From the IMG/VR virus record IMGVR_UViG_3300048925_000677, positions 1 through 53,568 of that record: a DNA stretch of 53,568 bases. One strand, given 5' to 3'. The stretch comes from a virus. Lineage: Duplodnaviria; Heunggongvirae; Uroviricota; Caudoviricetes. A program made the translations under genes and the position numbers. Below, one piece after another: positions 14,361 to 24,311 of this stretch. The notes below the pieces were generated by a model, which was given only the letters and a program-made list of their open reading frames with translations, was not told the origin of the DNA and did no database searches. Within the stretch, counting starts at the first letter, position 1; every line of letters starts with the position of its first letter.

Positions 14361-15332
14361 TTATGCGTCCGCGAGTCGTCGCAGGCGGGCCGTGGCAGTG
14401 TCCCGCAGATGCTTGATCGCGTACTCGTAGTAGGTCAGCCCCGTGCCCGGGCACTGATTGATGTGGTACGACACGTGGGGGCCGGTGCCGCGCACCACGA
14501 ACAGTCCGCCATTCCAGATCGCCTTGCCCGCCGCGGGTACCTCTACGCCCGGGTTGGTGACCAGTTCACGCAACTGCTCAGGGAGGGAGTCCTTGCCCGT
14601 CCAGCGGCGGAACACCGCGTTGAAGATCGCGCGCTCCATCTCGCCGACGTTCCCGTCCGGACACGTGGTGTAGAGATCGCCCTTGGCCGCCAGGTTGATG
14701 CAGAACTCCTCGGCCGCCGTCTCGTGGTCGGGATCGATTCCCGAGCCGCCAGGATCGACTGAGCCCGCGTACGACCCCTTGGGGCGCATCGGGTTGCCGA
14801 AGCTGGCCGCGGCGACGATGAACTTCCCGGGGAACTCGCCGCGGCGAATCCGATTCCGGACGCGCCCGCCGACAATCGAGCCCTGGCTGTAGTCGACGAA
14901 GGCCACCGGACCAGGCGCCCGGGAGACCAGGCTAGCCAGCTCGTGCACGCCGTCATTGACCGAACCGTCCATCGGCACCGCGCGGGCTGGGTAGTTGCCT
15001 ACCGGCTGCCACATGTAGAGGTCCAGGACAGCGCGGGCGATATCGGCCGGGTAACCGATGCCGAACGGGTCCGCCTGGCCAGTGCCGTGGATGGAGAACA
15101 GGGTGGGCAGGAGCCCCAACCGGTGAAGGTCCTGATCGGATACCTTCCCGGTCGGGGTCTGGCCCGTTCGGATCTGGTACTGCTTCTGAATGGCCTCCTC
15201 GTCGTAACCGAAGTAGGCATCCTGCAGCAGCGGCTTCCCGTCCAGCCCCAACGCGTAGGACTCGAAACGCCTCAGCATGGTCCGCTGCCACGCTGAGGTC
15301 ATCAGCCCATTCGAGCCGAGTTGGAGGCTCAT
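14361..15332 (-). CDS. lysB: lysin B (mycolylarabinogalactan esterase, cutinase-like)
   Basis: N-terminal PG-binding-like region, HGTGQ, YSQG nucleophile elbow, FGNP, GD.Y; position after holin. Confidence 0.88.
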   Translation of the reverse strand: MSLQLGSNGLMTSAWQRTMLRRFESYALGLDGKPLLQDAYFGYDEEAIQKQYQIRTGQTPTGKVSDQDLHRLGLLPTLFSIHGTGQADPFGIGYPADIARAVLDLYMWQPVGNYPARAVPMDGSVNDGVHELASLVSRAPGPVAFVDYSQGSIVGGRVRNRIRRGEFPGKFIVAAASFGNPMRPKGSYAGSVDPGGSGIDPDHETAAEEFCINLAAKGDLYTTCPDGNVGEMERAIFNAVFRRWTGKDSLPEQLRELVTNPGVEVPAAGKAIWNGGLFVVRGTGPHVSYHINQCPGTGLTYYEYAIKHLRDTATARLRRLADA

Positions 15333-15778
15333 TCGGTCTCGCGACTCTTCAGGATCAGCGAGGCGACGAGGTTCTCCGCGAGGCCGGGAAGTCCCGCGGA
15401 GGTGCCGAGATGCTCCAGGCTGTCCGCAATAGCGGGCCCAACGACAGGGACCGTGCTGGCGATGGACGGGAGTACGCCAACGACGTCGATCACCTTGTCG
15501 TACTCGGCCTTTGCCGCGGCCTGGGTCTCTACGATGGCCTTGAGTCCATTGACCACGACATCACCCGGGGAGGCGCCGAGGGTGCCATCCTTGATCTGGT
15601 TGGTGACACGTCGCTCAGCGGTAGCCGGGATAACGGCGCCGAGCAACGCTGCAACGCCGGCGGCGATCACGCTCTGGTCACCGGAATTGATGCCCAGCCA
15701 GATTGTGGATGCGGCAGTGAGGATGATGAATCCGGTGCCGCCGCGGTAGAAGTTCTTGAAGAAATTGGGTGCAGCCAT
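15329..15778 (-). CDS. holin
   Basis: N-terminal TM segments; between LysA and LysB. Confidence 0.75.
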   Translation of the reverse strand: MAAPNFFKNFYRGGTGFIILTAASTIWLGINSGDQSVIAAGVAALLGAVIPATAERRVTNQIKDGTLGASPGDVVVNGLKAIVETQAAAKAEYDKVIDVVGVLPSIASTVPVVGPAIADSLEHLGTSAGLPGLAENLVASLILKSRETE

Positions 15779-15780
15779 AA

Positions 15781-17262
15781 TCAGTCCTTCTTGAAAAATT
15801 CGGGGTTCTTGTTGGCGATTTCGAGGAGGACCGCCTTCGCGTGAGCGACGGTGCCGGCGTCCTTGAACTTGCCGCGGCCATCAGCGGTGCGGGCCAGGCG
15901 CATCAGTGCGTCAGCGTCGCCCAGGCGAGCGTCTGGCTCGACGATGGCGAAGCGGTGAAGCGCGGCGTCGATATTCTGAAGAAGCCGGGCGAGAGGGATT
16001 TTCGGCTCGCCGGGCGTTGCGTAGATGGAGATGGACTCCAACTCCACATCTGACATGAGAAACTCCTCAATGGGGTCGGTGAGCGTGACGATTTTGAGCA
16101 ATTCGGAGCCCATAGCGAGGGCGTTGTTGTAGCGGAGGCGGCGGTTGTCGAGCCCGTTGAGGCCGCCGTTGACATAGCGGGTGGCACGTTCGAGGTCCCG
16201 GGCGTCCGAGGCCTCGTTCATGAGCCGCTGAGTCGTCCAGTACCAGGTGACGCCGATGAAGCCGTTCGCCAAGCCGCGCAACTCATCGGGGTTGTCAACG
16301 AAGAACGTCGGCGTCGGGACGAGGCCCTTGCTGAATGCCCATTGCGACAACACCGTGAAGTTGTGCCGGCCGGTCACCTGGATCGGCCCGGAGCCGCGGA
16401 AGCGGTATCCGTCGCCGGGCTGAGTGTTGCCAAGGTCGGCGCGACCCTCGTAGCCCTGCTGCGCCGCGGTCGGACCCCACAACTCGGCCATGTACTTCAG
16501 TCCGACTGATTCGTGGCCCACCTGGGCGAACCACATAGCAAGACGCGGGACCGAGAACGCCACACCGCAATCAGCGAGGCATCTCCGTACGCCAGGCAGT
16601 GACGCTCGGTAGAAGTCGAACGGCATGGAGCCGCCCATCGCCCGAAGGAGGATGTCGGCGGCCAGCGAGTCCGGGTCAACCGGCGCCGCGGGACCACCCG
16701 GGGCATCGACGTCGGCGTAGGCGTAACCCTTGGGCGGGATCAGCGTGGCGCACTGGTCAAACGAGATCCAGTAGCCGTAGGGCCGGAAGCCGGAGTCGGC
16801 GATCCACACCGCGCGGCCAAGGCCCGGGACGTCGTCCTTGTAGCCCATCGCTGCGACGTAGTGGTAGGTGGTGCCGCCCGAGTAGGACGGTGACACGGAC
16901 CCGTTCACACCGCGGGGTTTGTTCGACGGCGGGGCAACCCAGTTCATCACCACGCCGAATCCGGCGTCGATGGAGCGAGTCAGGTTGCGCCACAGCGTTT
17001 CCTTCTGCGACCCGGTCATCGGGTCGCGCTCAACATAGACCGAGGTGTACCGAGCATCCGGAACCCGAAGGTCCAAGATGCGCTCAATCAGGCCGACGTA
17101 GTCGGTACCGTTGACGGTCGTTCCGATCTCGCGGGCCAGAGTGGACTCTGCGACGATCAGGCCGCGGGAGTTGAGGACAACCTGCGTTGCCGCAGGCCCG
17201 CACCAGTACCCCGTTTCCTGGGGAACGATGGAGCGGTCGTATGGCAAGACCTTCTCGGTCAT
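15781..17262 (-). CDS. lysA: lysin A: C39-like peptidase + GH19 glycoside hydrolase
   Basis: QETGYWCGPAA and HY for the C39-like domain; GHES, FRGSGPIQVTGRHN, VNGGLNGL for GH19. Confidence 0.92.
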   Translation of the reverse strand: MTEKVLPYDRSIVPQETGYWCGPAATQVVLNSRGLIVAESTLAREIGTTVNGTDYVGLIERILDLRVPDARYTSVYVERDPMTGSQKETLWRNLTRSIDAGFGVVMNWVAPPSNKPRGVNGSVSPSYSGGTTYHYVAAMGYKDDVPGLGRAVWIADSGFRPYGYWISFDQCATLIPPKGYAYADVDAPGGPAAPVDPDSLAADILLRAMGGSMPFDFYRASLPGVRRCLADCGVAFSVPRLAMWFAQVGHESVGLKYMAELWGPTAAQQGYEGRADLGNTQPGDGYRFRGSGPIQVTGRHNFTVLSQWAFSKGLVPTPTFFVDNPDELRGLANGFIGVTWYWTTQRLMNEASDARDLERATRYVNGGLNGLDNRRLRYNNALAMGSELLKIVTLTDPIEEFLMSDVELESISIYATPGEPKIPLARLLQNIDAALHRFAIVEPDARLGDADALMRLARTADGRGKFKDAGTVAHAKAVLLEIANKNPEFFKKD

Positions 17263-17277
17263 GACCCTCCTATGAAG

Positions 17278-18735
17278 TTAAGCGAGTCCGTGCGCCCTGA
17301 CGGTCGGGATCGGAATCTCGGCCATGGCGTCGGCAATCTTGTTGGCGTAGTAGCGGCTACCTTCTCGTCGGGTGTGGATGCCGTCGGTCTTTGAAACCAG
17401 TTGCGCTTGTGGGGAATTGGTGGGTACGCCGAAGCTGCCATTCTTTGGATCAGGGCCGGGCCCGGTCCACCACGGATTTGCCGGTCCAAAGGGGTTGATA
17501 TAGTGCGTGTTCGGCACTTCGGCCGCGGCGCGCATCTGGCCCTGGCGATGAATGTCCTGCTTGTCCCCCGGGGTGGGGGGGCCGATATTGGAGCCGAACA
17601 GCGTGTCGTTGAACGGCTCCGGTCCGACGTGCACAAAGGTGCAGTTCGGATCGACCGACTGGACCCACTGGTAGCAGACCTTGGCCCGGTCGTACATCTG
17701 AGCCTCGGTGACACCACCAGACGAGGCGTCGTTCCAGGTGCCATTGAGCAGGTAAACCAGCGGTCGCCGGCCCACGGGCTGACCGAAGTCTTCCCCGGGG
17801 TAGTTGATGAACGAGTTTCCGAACTCGGCTTTGCCTGCCGCGTTGGTCATCCACTCTCGGCGACTTGCCGAGAGGTATCGCGACGGCCCCTTGATTACGA
17901 CGGACTGGCCGATGATCGACCCGGTGTCGCGGCCGATGGTGTCGTCGAAGACCTGGCCGGTGCCGTTACAGAAGAACCCGGTGGCGCCCTGACCCCTTCG
18001 CGCCCAGCAGAAACCGGTGAGTTCGAAGAGGAAATCGATGATGCCGTTGGTGAACCACTGCGTAGTCGAGTCGGCAGTCAACGCCTGCGATGACTCAAAA
18101 TACGAATCACCATCGGCGATCCCGAAGTAGCGCGGCGGAGACGGCGCGACGATGGCAGACCCGTCGGTACGGATACCGATGAGCCCGCACGTGCCCATCA
18201 CGACTCGAATACGCCCGTGGTAGGGCTGCTCGAAGACGATGTTGCGGTAGCTCTTTCCGCCGTCGTTGCGCAGTGAAGTCTTGGGAAGCTCGGCGGCCTT
18301 CCACATGTGGCCGCCCCACTCGATGTACACCTGGAGATCGCCGCCATAGTTCTTTGGGCCGCCGAAGAATCCGCTGGTGCCATCTCCGCCGCGGTTCATG
18401 AACTCGACGGAGAACTGCGTACCGGTGAAGATGAACTCGAACTCAAGGATGTGACCGAAGTGCCAATCCTTCATGCCCACCGACGTGACGGTGATCGTCC
18501 GCGGCGTGCCCGCGTTCTTGCCACCGCCGTAGGCTCCGCCAATTAAGGCCGGCCTGTTGTCGGGCTCCCACTTCTGCCCCTGTGCGGTGAACTTGAAGTT
18601 GGCGTCGTCCCATCGATAGGTGACGCCCGAAGTGAGCGAGAGCACCGAGTTGGCGATCACGTCGCTGGCCAGGACGCCGCTCGGGATGACGCCCATGACG
18701 GGGCTGTACAGGCTACCGAGGCGCGTGGTCGTCAT
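17278..18735 (-). CDS. minor tail protein with SGNH/GDSL hydrolase domain (catalytic residues intact)
   Basis: GDSY (block I), GTWND (block III), DGIH (block V). Confidence 0.8.
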   Translation of the reverse strand: MTTTRLGSLYSPVMGVIPSGVLASDVIANSVLSLTSGVTYRWDDANFKFTAQGQKWEPDNRPALIGGAYGGGKNAGTPRTITVTSVGMKDWHFGHILEFEFIFTGTQFSVEFMNRGGDGTSGFFGGPKNYGGDLQVYIEWGGHMWKAAELPKTSLRNDGGKSYRNIVFEQPYHGRIRVVMGTCGLIGIRTDGSAIVAPSPPRYFGIADGDSYFESSQALTADSTTQWFTNGIIDFLFELTGFCWARRGQGATGFFCNGTGQVFDDTIGRDTGSIIGQSVVIKGPSRYLSASRREWMTNAAGKAEFGNSFINYPGEDFGQPVGRRPLVYLLNGTWNDASSGGVTEAQMYDRAKVCYQWVQSVDPNCTFVHVGPEPFNDTLFGSNIGPPTPGDKQDIHRQGQMRAAAEVPNTHYINPFGPANPWWTGPGPDPKNGSFGVPTNSPQAQLVSKTDGIHTRREGSRYYANKIADAMAEIPIPTVRAHGLA

Positions 18736-20000
18736 GCTTGCCGCCTTGCCCGCGGCTCATAGACCAGCATCTGAGCCAGTTCGGTCGCGATCTTGCCGGC
18801 GTAGAAATTGAAGCCATGCGCCGTGGGATTGACGCCGTCGGCGCCGATGAGTCCCGCCTGCTGCGAGGTGGTGGGCGAGCCGTTGCTCCCCGCTCCGGTG
18901 AACCATGGAGCAGTTGGGCCGAACGCGTTGACATACTGCGCCCGAGGCACGTTGGCGATGGCAGCCTGCTGCTCTAGGCGGTTGTAGTCATGCGGACTGC
19001 CAGCGGTCGGCGGGCCGGTCACGGTGCCCGCGGCTCCCGCTCCAGTGAAGGGCGGCATAGAGACGTGCACGATGCTGCAGAACGAATCTTGTCCGCGAAC
19101 CCACTGGTAACACTCCAGAGCGCGGGTCGCCATCGGACCGTTCCCGGCGCCGGTAGCGCCCGACCTGCCGCCGTCGGCATAGGCGCCAACGAGTAGGTAG
19201 AACAACGGCTTTGCGGCTAGTTGCGCCCCCAGGAGGGTCTTGCGCGCCGCCGAGAACCACCGAGTTGAAGCGTTGGCCGCGGCGGTGTCATCAGTTACCG
19301 TCGCAGTTCCGTTGCAGAAGAATCCAGTGTCGACTTGCGCTTGGCGGGTCCACGTCATTCCAGTGCGCTCAAACAGGAAATCGCACAGCCCTGCGGTCAG
19401 GTACGACGTGCCAGAGGCCTGCTTGAATCCGGTTCCGTCAGCCCATCCCCCACCGTCGCAGACGCCAAGCAACCGGTCCGGCGCGGGCTTGATGATGGCC
19501 GACTCTTCACAACGAATCCCCGTCAGCTTGCCGCCGCCGAGGTGTACGCGGATGCGTCCGTGGTACTGGCTTGCGAACGTGAGTCGACGGTTCATCGCCC
19601 CGGTGGTCGTTCCCGCCAGGGGCTCCGAGCGCACCTTGTACATCCGGCCGCCGTACTCGACGTAGACCTGACTGTCGTAGTACGACGACCCGACGAAGGC
19701 GATATCCAAAGCCAGCCCGGTGAAGAGGAACTCGAATTCCAGAACGTGCCCGACCGGTACGCCGGCGATGGCGCGATCAGTCGGGGTGTTCATCACGCCC
19801 TCGCTGTTGTAGTTCACCCAGCGCTGGCCCTGGATATTGAACGCCGCCGCGCCGAGGTCGGCGCTGACCACCCGCGAGTTAGTGAACGTCTGCGCCGTGG
19901 CGTTGTACGCGTCGGTGGCGAGAATCCCAGCGGGCAGGACGCCGGCGACGGGCCGAAAGAACAACCCCGCCTTGGCCTTATTGGTGATTGTGATTCCCAT
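18732..20000 (-). CDS. paralogous SGNH-fold minor tail protein, catalytically degenerate
   Basis: Collinear similarity to 17278-18735 but DGGGW / GAYAD / DGVNP at catalytic positions. Confidence 0.75.
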   Translation of the reverse strand: MGITITNKAKAGLFFRPVAGVLPAGILATDAYNATAQTFTNSRVVSADLGAAAFNIQGQRWVNYNSEGVMNTPTDRAIAGVPVGHVLEFEFLFTGLALDIAFVGSSYYDSQVYVEYGGRMYKVRSEPLAGTTTGAMNRRLTFASQYHGRIRVHLGGGKLTGIRCEESAIIKPAPDRLLGVCDGGGWADGTGFKQASGTSYLTAGLCDFLFERTGMTWTRQAQVDTGFFCNGTATVTDDTAAANASTRWFSAARKTLLGAQLAAKPLFYLLVGAYADGGRSGATGAGNGPMATRALECYQWVRGQDSFCSIVHVSMPPFTGAGAAGTVTGPPTAGSPHDYNRLEQQAAIANVPRAQYVNAFGPTAPWFTGAGSNGSPTTSQQAGLIGADGVNPTAHGFNFYAGKIATELAQMLVYEPRARRQA

Positions 20001-22027
20001 TAGGCCCCCGTGATCATCAAGTTGTAGGTGTAGACGGTCATGGGCTCCAGTTCGCCGGCCACGGACAGCGTCAGTACCGAGGACGTCGCCGAGACGAACG
20101 GGAAGGTGGCCGCTGAAATGGCATCGGCACCGGTGCAGACGGGAATCGGCGCACCGGCATAGCCACTCAGGGCGAAGGTCGCCAAGGTTCCACCCGCCGC
20201 CGGAGAGGCCCCAGTGGTGATGGTCACCCTCATGGCGAGTCGAGTTCCGCTGCGGGACAGGCTCGCGCCCGTGCCAGCGTCGGCATGAATCGTGCCCACG
20301 GGAACTCCGCCAGTCTTAAGCTCGGCAGGGACGCCGTAGAGCGCGTCCAACTCTCCGCGGGTGTCCGAAGCGGGATTCTCGATCAAGTCGACCAGGGCGG
20401 ATTCATCGAGGCCGCCGCCCCCGCCACCACCACCGGCAGGCGTTGCCGCAGAGAGCGTTCCGTCGGCGGCGTATGCCAGGAACTTGCCCGATCCGCCAGT
20501 TCCAGCGACGTTCAGCTTTTTGCCATGGATCTCACCGTCGACGATCTTGCCGTTGGTGATGTAGTTGTCGGCCACGCCGCGAGAGGTTCGGCCGGAGGTG
20601 AGTAGGTCGTACGCCGGCTGATGAGGGTTGAAGTCCACATCCACCAGGCCGAAGGTGTGCTCACTGACCCCGGTGTCGCCAGTGTCACGCCAGTTGTAGG
20701 CGATGAAGCACCCGATCCAGTCGTGGCGGGTCAGGAGGTCGATCTGGGCAGCGAGGATCTGCCCTCGTGTTGAAGGGTTAGGGACGGCGTAACGGCTGAC
20801 GCCAAACTCCGTGACCCACACCTGCTTTGCGACGTCGCCGTTCGCGACCATCGTGGTGCGGCAGGCCATCAGCTCCTTGTAGTAGAGCTGCTCAACAGTG
20901 GGCATCTCATAGGCCGAGAAATCGGCCGTGATGGAGTACCAGTTGAACGAGGCCGTGTCGAAGTAGTCCTTGGCGCCGTAGTTGTACATCTGGGCCAAGA
21001 AGGTTGACGGCGAAATGTCGGTCGTGGAGTACGTCGACGTCGACATCAATGCGGCAGCGAGGATGTGAGCTTCCGGGTCCACCGAGCGGATTGCGTTCGA
21101 CGCTGCGATCAGCATGCTCGTGTAGCCGGCGGCGCCGAAGGCAACCGAACCGAAGTATGGACCGGTACCGTGGTTCGGCTCATTCCACACCTGGTAGTTA
21201 CGCAACTGGCCGGTGCCGTTTGATCCGTAGCGCAAAGCAATTGAAGAAAAGACGTTTGCGAAGTCGGTCAGCGTTGGCGTCGAGTAACTGGGGATGGGAT
21301 TGCCGACCAGCGTGAGAATCGGCTCAACGCCGTGCTCTTCACATAGGTCGAGGATGCGGTCTAGGCCGCTCCAGTCGTAGACGCCTCGGGTGGTCGGTTC
21401 GATCTCGCCCCACCAGGCGGCGAAGCGCAGGCGAGTTCCGCCAACGGCCTTGATACCCTTGACGATATTCTCGATATCGTCGGTGTCGAAGCCTTCCCAG
21501 TACATCGATCCGGCTTCGGACTGGCAGAAGCCGAGGCGATTGTCGGCCGTGCCTAGGGGCAGCCAGACGTCACCGCGCGGCAGATAGACCGATTGCGCCC
21601 ATTCGTCGACTTCGAGATCTGCCGCCGCCGGATAGCGCACTCCGGCGCCAATTGCGTCGCGCGCCTGCTCCTGAGTGGCGCCCGCGGCGATGACCGCGGG
21701 CTTACCGACGATGCTGTTCCACACGCCGCCGTCAGAGACGCTCAGCGGGCCGTAATCGCCGTTGATGTAGCGGTAGAGGACACCCGTTTCAAGATCTAAG
21801 AAGACGTGCTGATCGTCACCCTCGGGCGGGAAGAGCACCTTGGCGTCGTAGGCGAGGATGTCGACCCTGGGGTAGTACAGCGGGCTTTCGCGGTCGAGGG
21901 CGACCATGCCCCGGACTTCGTCATGCTGCGAGGGGGTGAGCGAAACTCGGACGCCCGCCTTTGTGATGTGCTCGGTGCGGTCGCCATCGGTGTAGGTGAT
22001 CGGACCGAGCGTGCGGTACCAGGTCAA
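20000..22027 (-). CDS. tail-associated clan-A glycoside hydrolase (GH5/GH39-like) with N-terminal anchor module
   Basis: WGEIEP..G.YDW, QVWNEPN (acid/base), VWVTEFG (nucleophile), FGL. Confidence 0.82.
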   Translation of the reverse strand: MTWYRTLGPITYTDGDRTEHITKAGVRVSLTPSQHDEVRGMVALDRESPLYYPRVDILAYDAKVLFPPEGDDQHVFLDLETGVLYRYINGDYGPLSVSDGGVWNSIVGKPAVIAAGATQEQARDAIGAGVRYPAAADLEVDEWAQSVYLPRGDVWLPLGTADNRLGFCQSEAGSMYWEGFDTDDIENIVKGIKAVGGTRLRFAAWWGEIEPTTRGVYDWSGLDRILDLCEEHGVEPILTLVGNPIPSYSTPTLTDFANVFSSIALRYGSNGTGQLRNYQVWNEPNHGTGPYFGSVAFGAAGYTSMLIAASNAIRSVDPEAHILAAALMSTSTYSTTDISPSTFLAQMYNYGAKDYFDTASFNWYSITADFSAYEMPTVEQLYYKELMACRTTMVANGDVAKQVWVTEFGVSRYAVPNPSTRGQILAAQIDLLTRHDWIGCFIAYNWRDTGDTGVSEHTFGLVDVDFNPHQPAYDLLTSGRTSRGVADNYITNGKIVDGEIHGKKLNVAGTGGSGKFLAYAADGTLSAATPAGGGGGGGGLDESALVDLIENPASDTRGELDALYGVPAELKTGGVPVGTIHADAGTGASLSRSGTRLAMRVTITTGASPAAGGTLATFALSGYAGAPIPVCTGADAISAATFPFVSATSSVLTLSVAGELEPMTVYTYNLMITGA

Positions 22028-22057
22028 GGGTTCTCCTCTATGTCAAATGGCGAATCG

Positions 22058-22711
22058 TCAAGCGGCAGTCGCTGATAGAGCGGCCACGCCGCGGGACGCG
22101 AGTTGACCGCTTGCGTACTGATGCCGGAATATCGGGGCGACTCGCGGGCCGGGCAGGTCGATGGCATGGCCACTGTCGGCCCACGTGAGCGCAGCGATGT
22201 CGGCACCGCCGTTCTTCTTCACCGTCCACGTCCAGACGCCAGCCGAAAGCGTTCCTGTCAGGGTTACGGTGTCGCCGGGTACGCCGACCTGGGTGCTCAC
22301 AGTCCGGTTAGTCACGGTTCCGGACGCAAACGAATGCACCCGGCAGTTGCCGCTAGCGCTGGGGATGAACAGATACACACCCTTGGTGCCGTCGGCCGAG
22401 AAGACTCCGCCGCCATTGCCGCGGACGTTTGAGGAAACCCCGAGCGAGCCGATGGTCACCGTCACACTGATGGTGGTCGTTACGGCCATGACGTCAGGCA
22501 GGACCAGCGCGCTGTCGTAACCTCCACTGCCAGTTGACGAGTTGCCCTCTTGTAGCGTCGTGCCGCTGACAATGACGGCCCCCGCCCCGGGGGTCATGGC
22601 CACGTCCAGCGACCCCGCCGGAATGGACGCGAATGATGGATAATTCAGCGTCGTCAATCCGCCCGGTGCCGCGACCGCATGCGTGAGGGTCGAATTCCTA
22701 GCGGCGAACAT
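22058..22711 (-). CDS. minor tail protein (beta-rich, lectin-like)
   Basis: Thr/Gly/Ser-rich beta-strand pattern in tail module. Confidence 0.6.
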   Translation of the reverse strand: MFAARNSTLTHAVAAPGGLTTLNYPSFASIPAGSLDVAMTPGAGAVIVSGTTLQEGNSSTGSGGYDSALVLPDVMAVTTTISVTVTIGSLGVSSNVRGNGGGVFSADGTKGVYLFIPSASGNCRVHSFASGTVTNRTVSTQVGVPGDTVTLTGTLSAGVWTWTVKKNGGADIAALTWADSGHAIDLPGPRVAPIFRHQYASGQLASRGVAALSATAA

Positions 22712-23916
22712 CAGGGCGTGAAATTCTGGACGACATTGCCGTACCAGTTGGTACCGTCAGCGACGAACGACCACAGGTCCAGCCGACCCGCGGTCGTCGT
22801 GGCGGCGGGGGCGGAGCCGCCGGGCCACTTGACGCCAGTGAAGGTGACAGTGAATCCACCAGCACCCGTATTGATGGGCGCCAGAAAGGATTTGCCGGCA
22901 GTGGGCGTGGGCATCGTGATTGTGCAGTTGGCCGTCAGCGTTCCGGTCTGCACCGTGCCTGTGGACAGGTCGAATGTCTTGGTCGCGCCCAATGAGCCGC
23001 CGACCGAGACAGTCTCGGTGTAGTTCGTGAGAGTCGCGTTGGTGATGGTGGGCGCACTAGCCCGGACGATGCTGCCCGTCCCAGTGGCCGCCGCGGCGGC
23101 GATTCGGGCGTCCGCATCGGAGTTGGTGTACGCCGTAGCGCCAGAGGCGATGCCGGCGAGCTTCGTTTTCTCTGTCGCCGTGTATGCCTTGTTGGTGGTG
23201 CCATCGGTGATGGTGTCCGCCGACTGCGTTCCGGTGTGGTTGGCGCGTGCCTTGAGGTTTGCATCGGTGTCGTTTGCCGTTGCTCCGGTGGCGATTCCAT
23301 TCAGCTTCGTCTGATTGGCGGCGGTGAAGACCTTGTTGGTCGTGCCGTCGACGACGGTGTCGGCGCTCTGCGTGCCGGTGTGGTTGGCCCGCGCGCGGTC
23401 GGCTGCGTGGTAGTGCAGCGTCGAATCCCCGCCGTCGGTCAAGTCCGTGGCATCCCCGTTGGAGATGTTGTTGACCTGCGCCCCACTGGCGACGCCGTCG
23501 ATCTTGGTCAGTTGTGCTGCGGTGGCGAACTTGTGGTTGGTGGAGCCGTCGGTGATGTCATCGGCATCGAGGACGACGTTCGGGCCGAACTTCCCATTGA
23601 CGGAGTCCACCGAGCCGCCGCCCCCAATGACGAGCGCGATATAATCGCCGTCCAGCCATCGGTAGATCTGGCCGGTCTCGAAGTCGAGGTAGAGGTACTG
23701 CTCGTACCCCATATCCGGAAAGAAGGCGAACGCGTCGTAGTACAAAACCGTCGCGCGGGGGAGGTCCAAGTCGCCCGTATGGTCAATGGCGACAAGGCCT
23801 TCCAGCCCCTGGGCCTGCGCGGGGCTAAGGTCCACCTTGACGCCGGCCCGGTCGATAGTCCGGATCACATTGTCCTGGACGTATGTGATCGGACCGAGCG
23901 TGCGGTAGATAGCCAA
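22711..23916 (-). CDS. tail fiber-like protein with internal repeats
   Basis: N-terminus shared with 20000-22027; two ARANHTGTQSADT..DGTTNK..TA repeats; C-terminal F.GVKWPGG..P....G..D. Confidence 0.75.
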   Translation of the reverse strand: MAIYRTLGPITYVQDNVIRTIDRAGVKVDLSPAQAQGLEGLVAIDHTGDLDLPRATVLYYDAFAFFPDMGYEQYLYLDFETGQIYRWLDGDYIALVIGGGGSVDSVNGKFGPNVVLDADDITDGSTNHKFATAAQLTKIDGVASGAQVNNISNGDATDLTDGGDSTLHYHAADRARANHTGTQSADTVVDGTTNKVFTAANQTKLNGIATGATANDTDANLKARANHTGTQSADTITDGTTNKAYTATEKTKLAGIASGATAYTNSDADARIAAAAATGTGSIVRASAPTITNATLTNYTETVSVGGSLGATKTFDLSTGTVQTGTLTANCTITMPTPTAGKSFLAPINTGAGGFTVTFTGVKWPGGSAPAATTTAGRLDLWSFVADGTNWYGNVVQNFTP

Positions 23917-23936
23917 TGTGACTCCTTAAGGGCTGG

Positions 23937-24311
23937 TCAGCGCACGATCCGACTGATGGGCACCGAGGTATCTGGGCTGGTCTGGGGGATGATCTCTTCG
24001 GGTTCCGGCTCTTCGACCTCGTCGACCGTCGGGAAGTCGACCTCCACCGCGGGTGCGTATCGAGCGATGAACTCCTGAGGGGAAAGGACTTTGAGCCCGC
24101 CGTCGTCGACGATCCACTGGCCGACCGTGGCGTTCACCGTCTGCTTGCCGCTGGCGGACAGGCGCAGGGACCAGGTCCCTCCCTCGCGCGTTACCGCGCC
24201 CTCCCAGCCGTCGGCCTCCAATTCGGTGAGGGCTTCAAACAGGTCGGACGGACCACGCAGGGGCCAGCTCGCGATATCTTCGACTGCGAGTCGAGTTACG
24301 GGAGTAGGCAT
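23937..24311 (-). CDS. hypothetical tail-region protein
   Basis: MPTPVTRLAVE...; TAATG overlap with upstream gene. Confidence 0.65.
   Translation of the reverse strand: MPTPVTRLAVEDIASWPLRGPSDLFEALTELEADGWEGAVTREGGTWSLRLSASGKQTVNATVGQWIVDDGGLKVLSPQEFIARYAPAVEVDFPTVDEVEEPEPEEIIPQTSPDTSVPISRIVR

Noticed and set aside
23150-23410. ARANHTGTQSADT repeats as a diversity-generating or phase-variable element
   Set aside because: Ordinary in-frame tail-fibre repeats; no adenine-specific variation or RT
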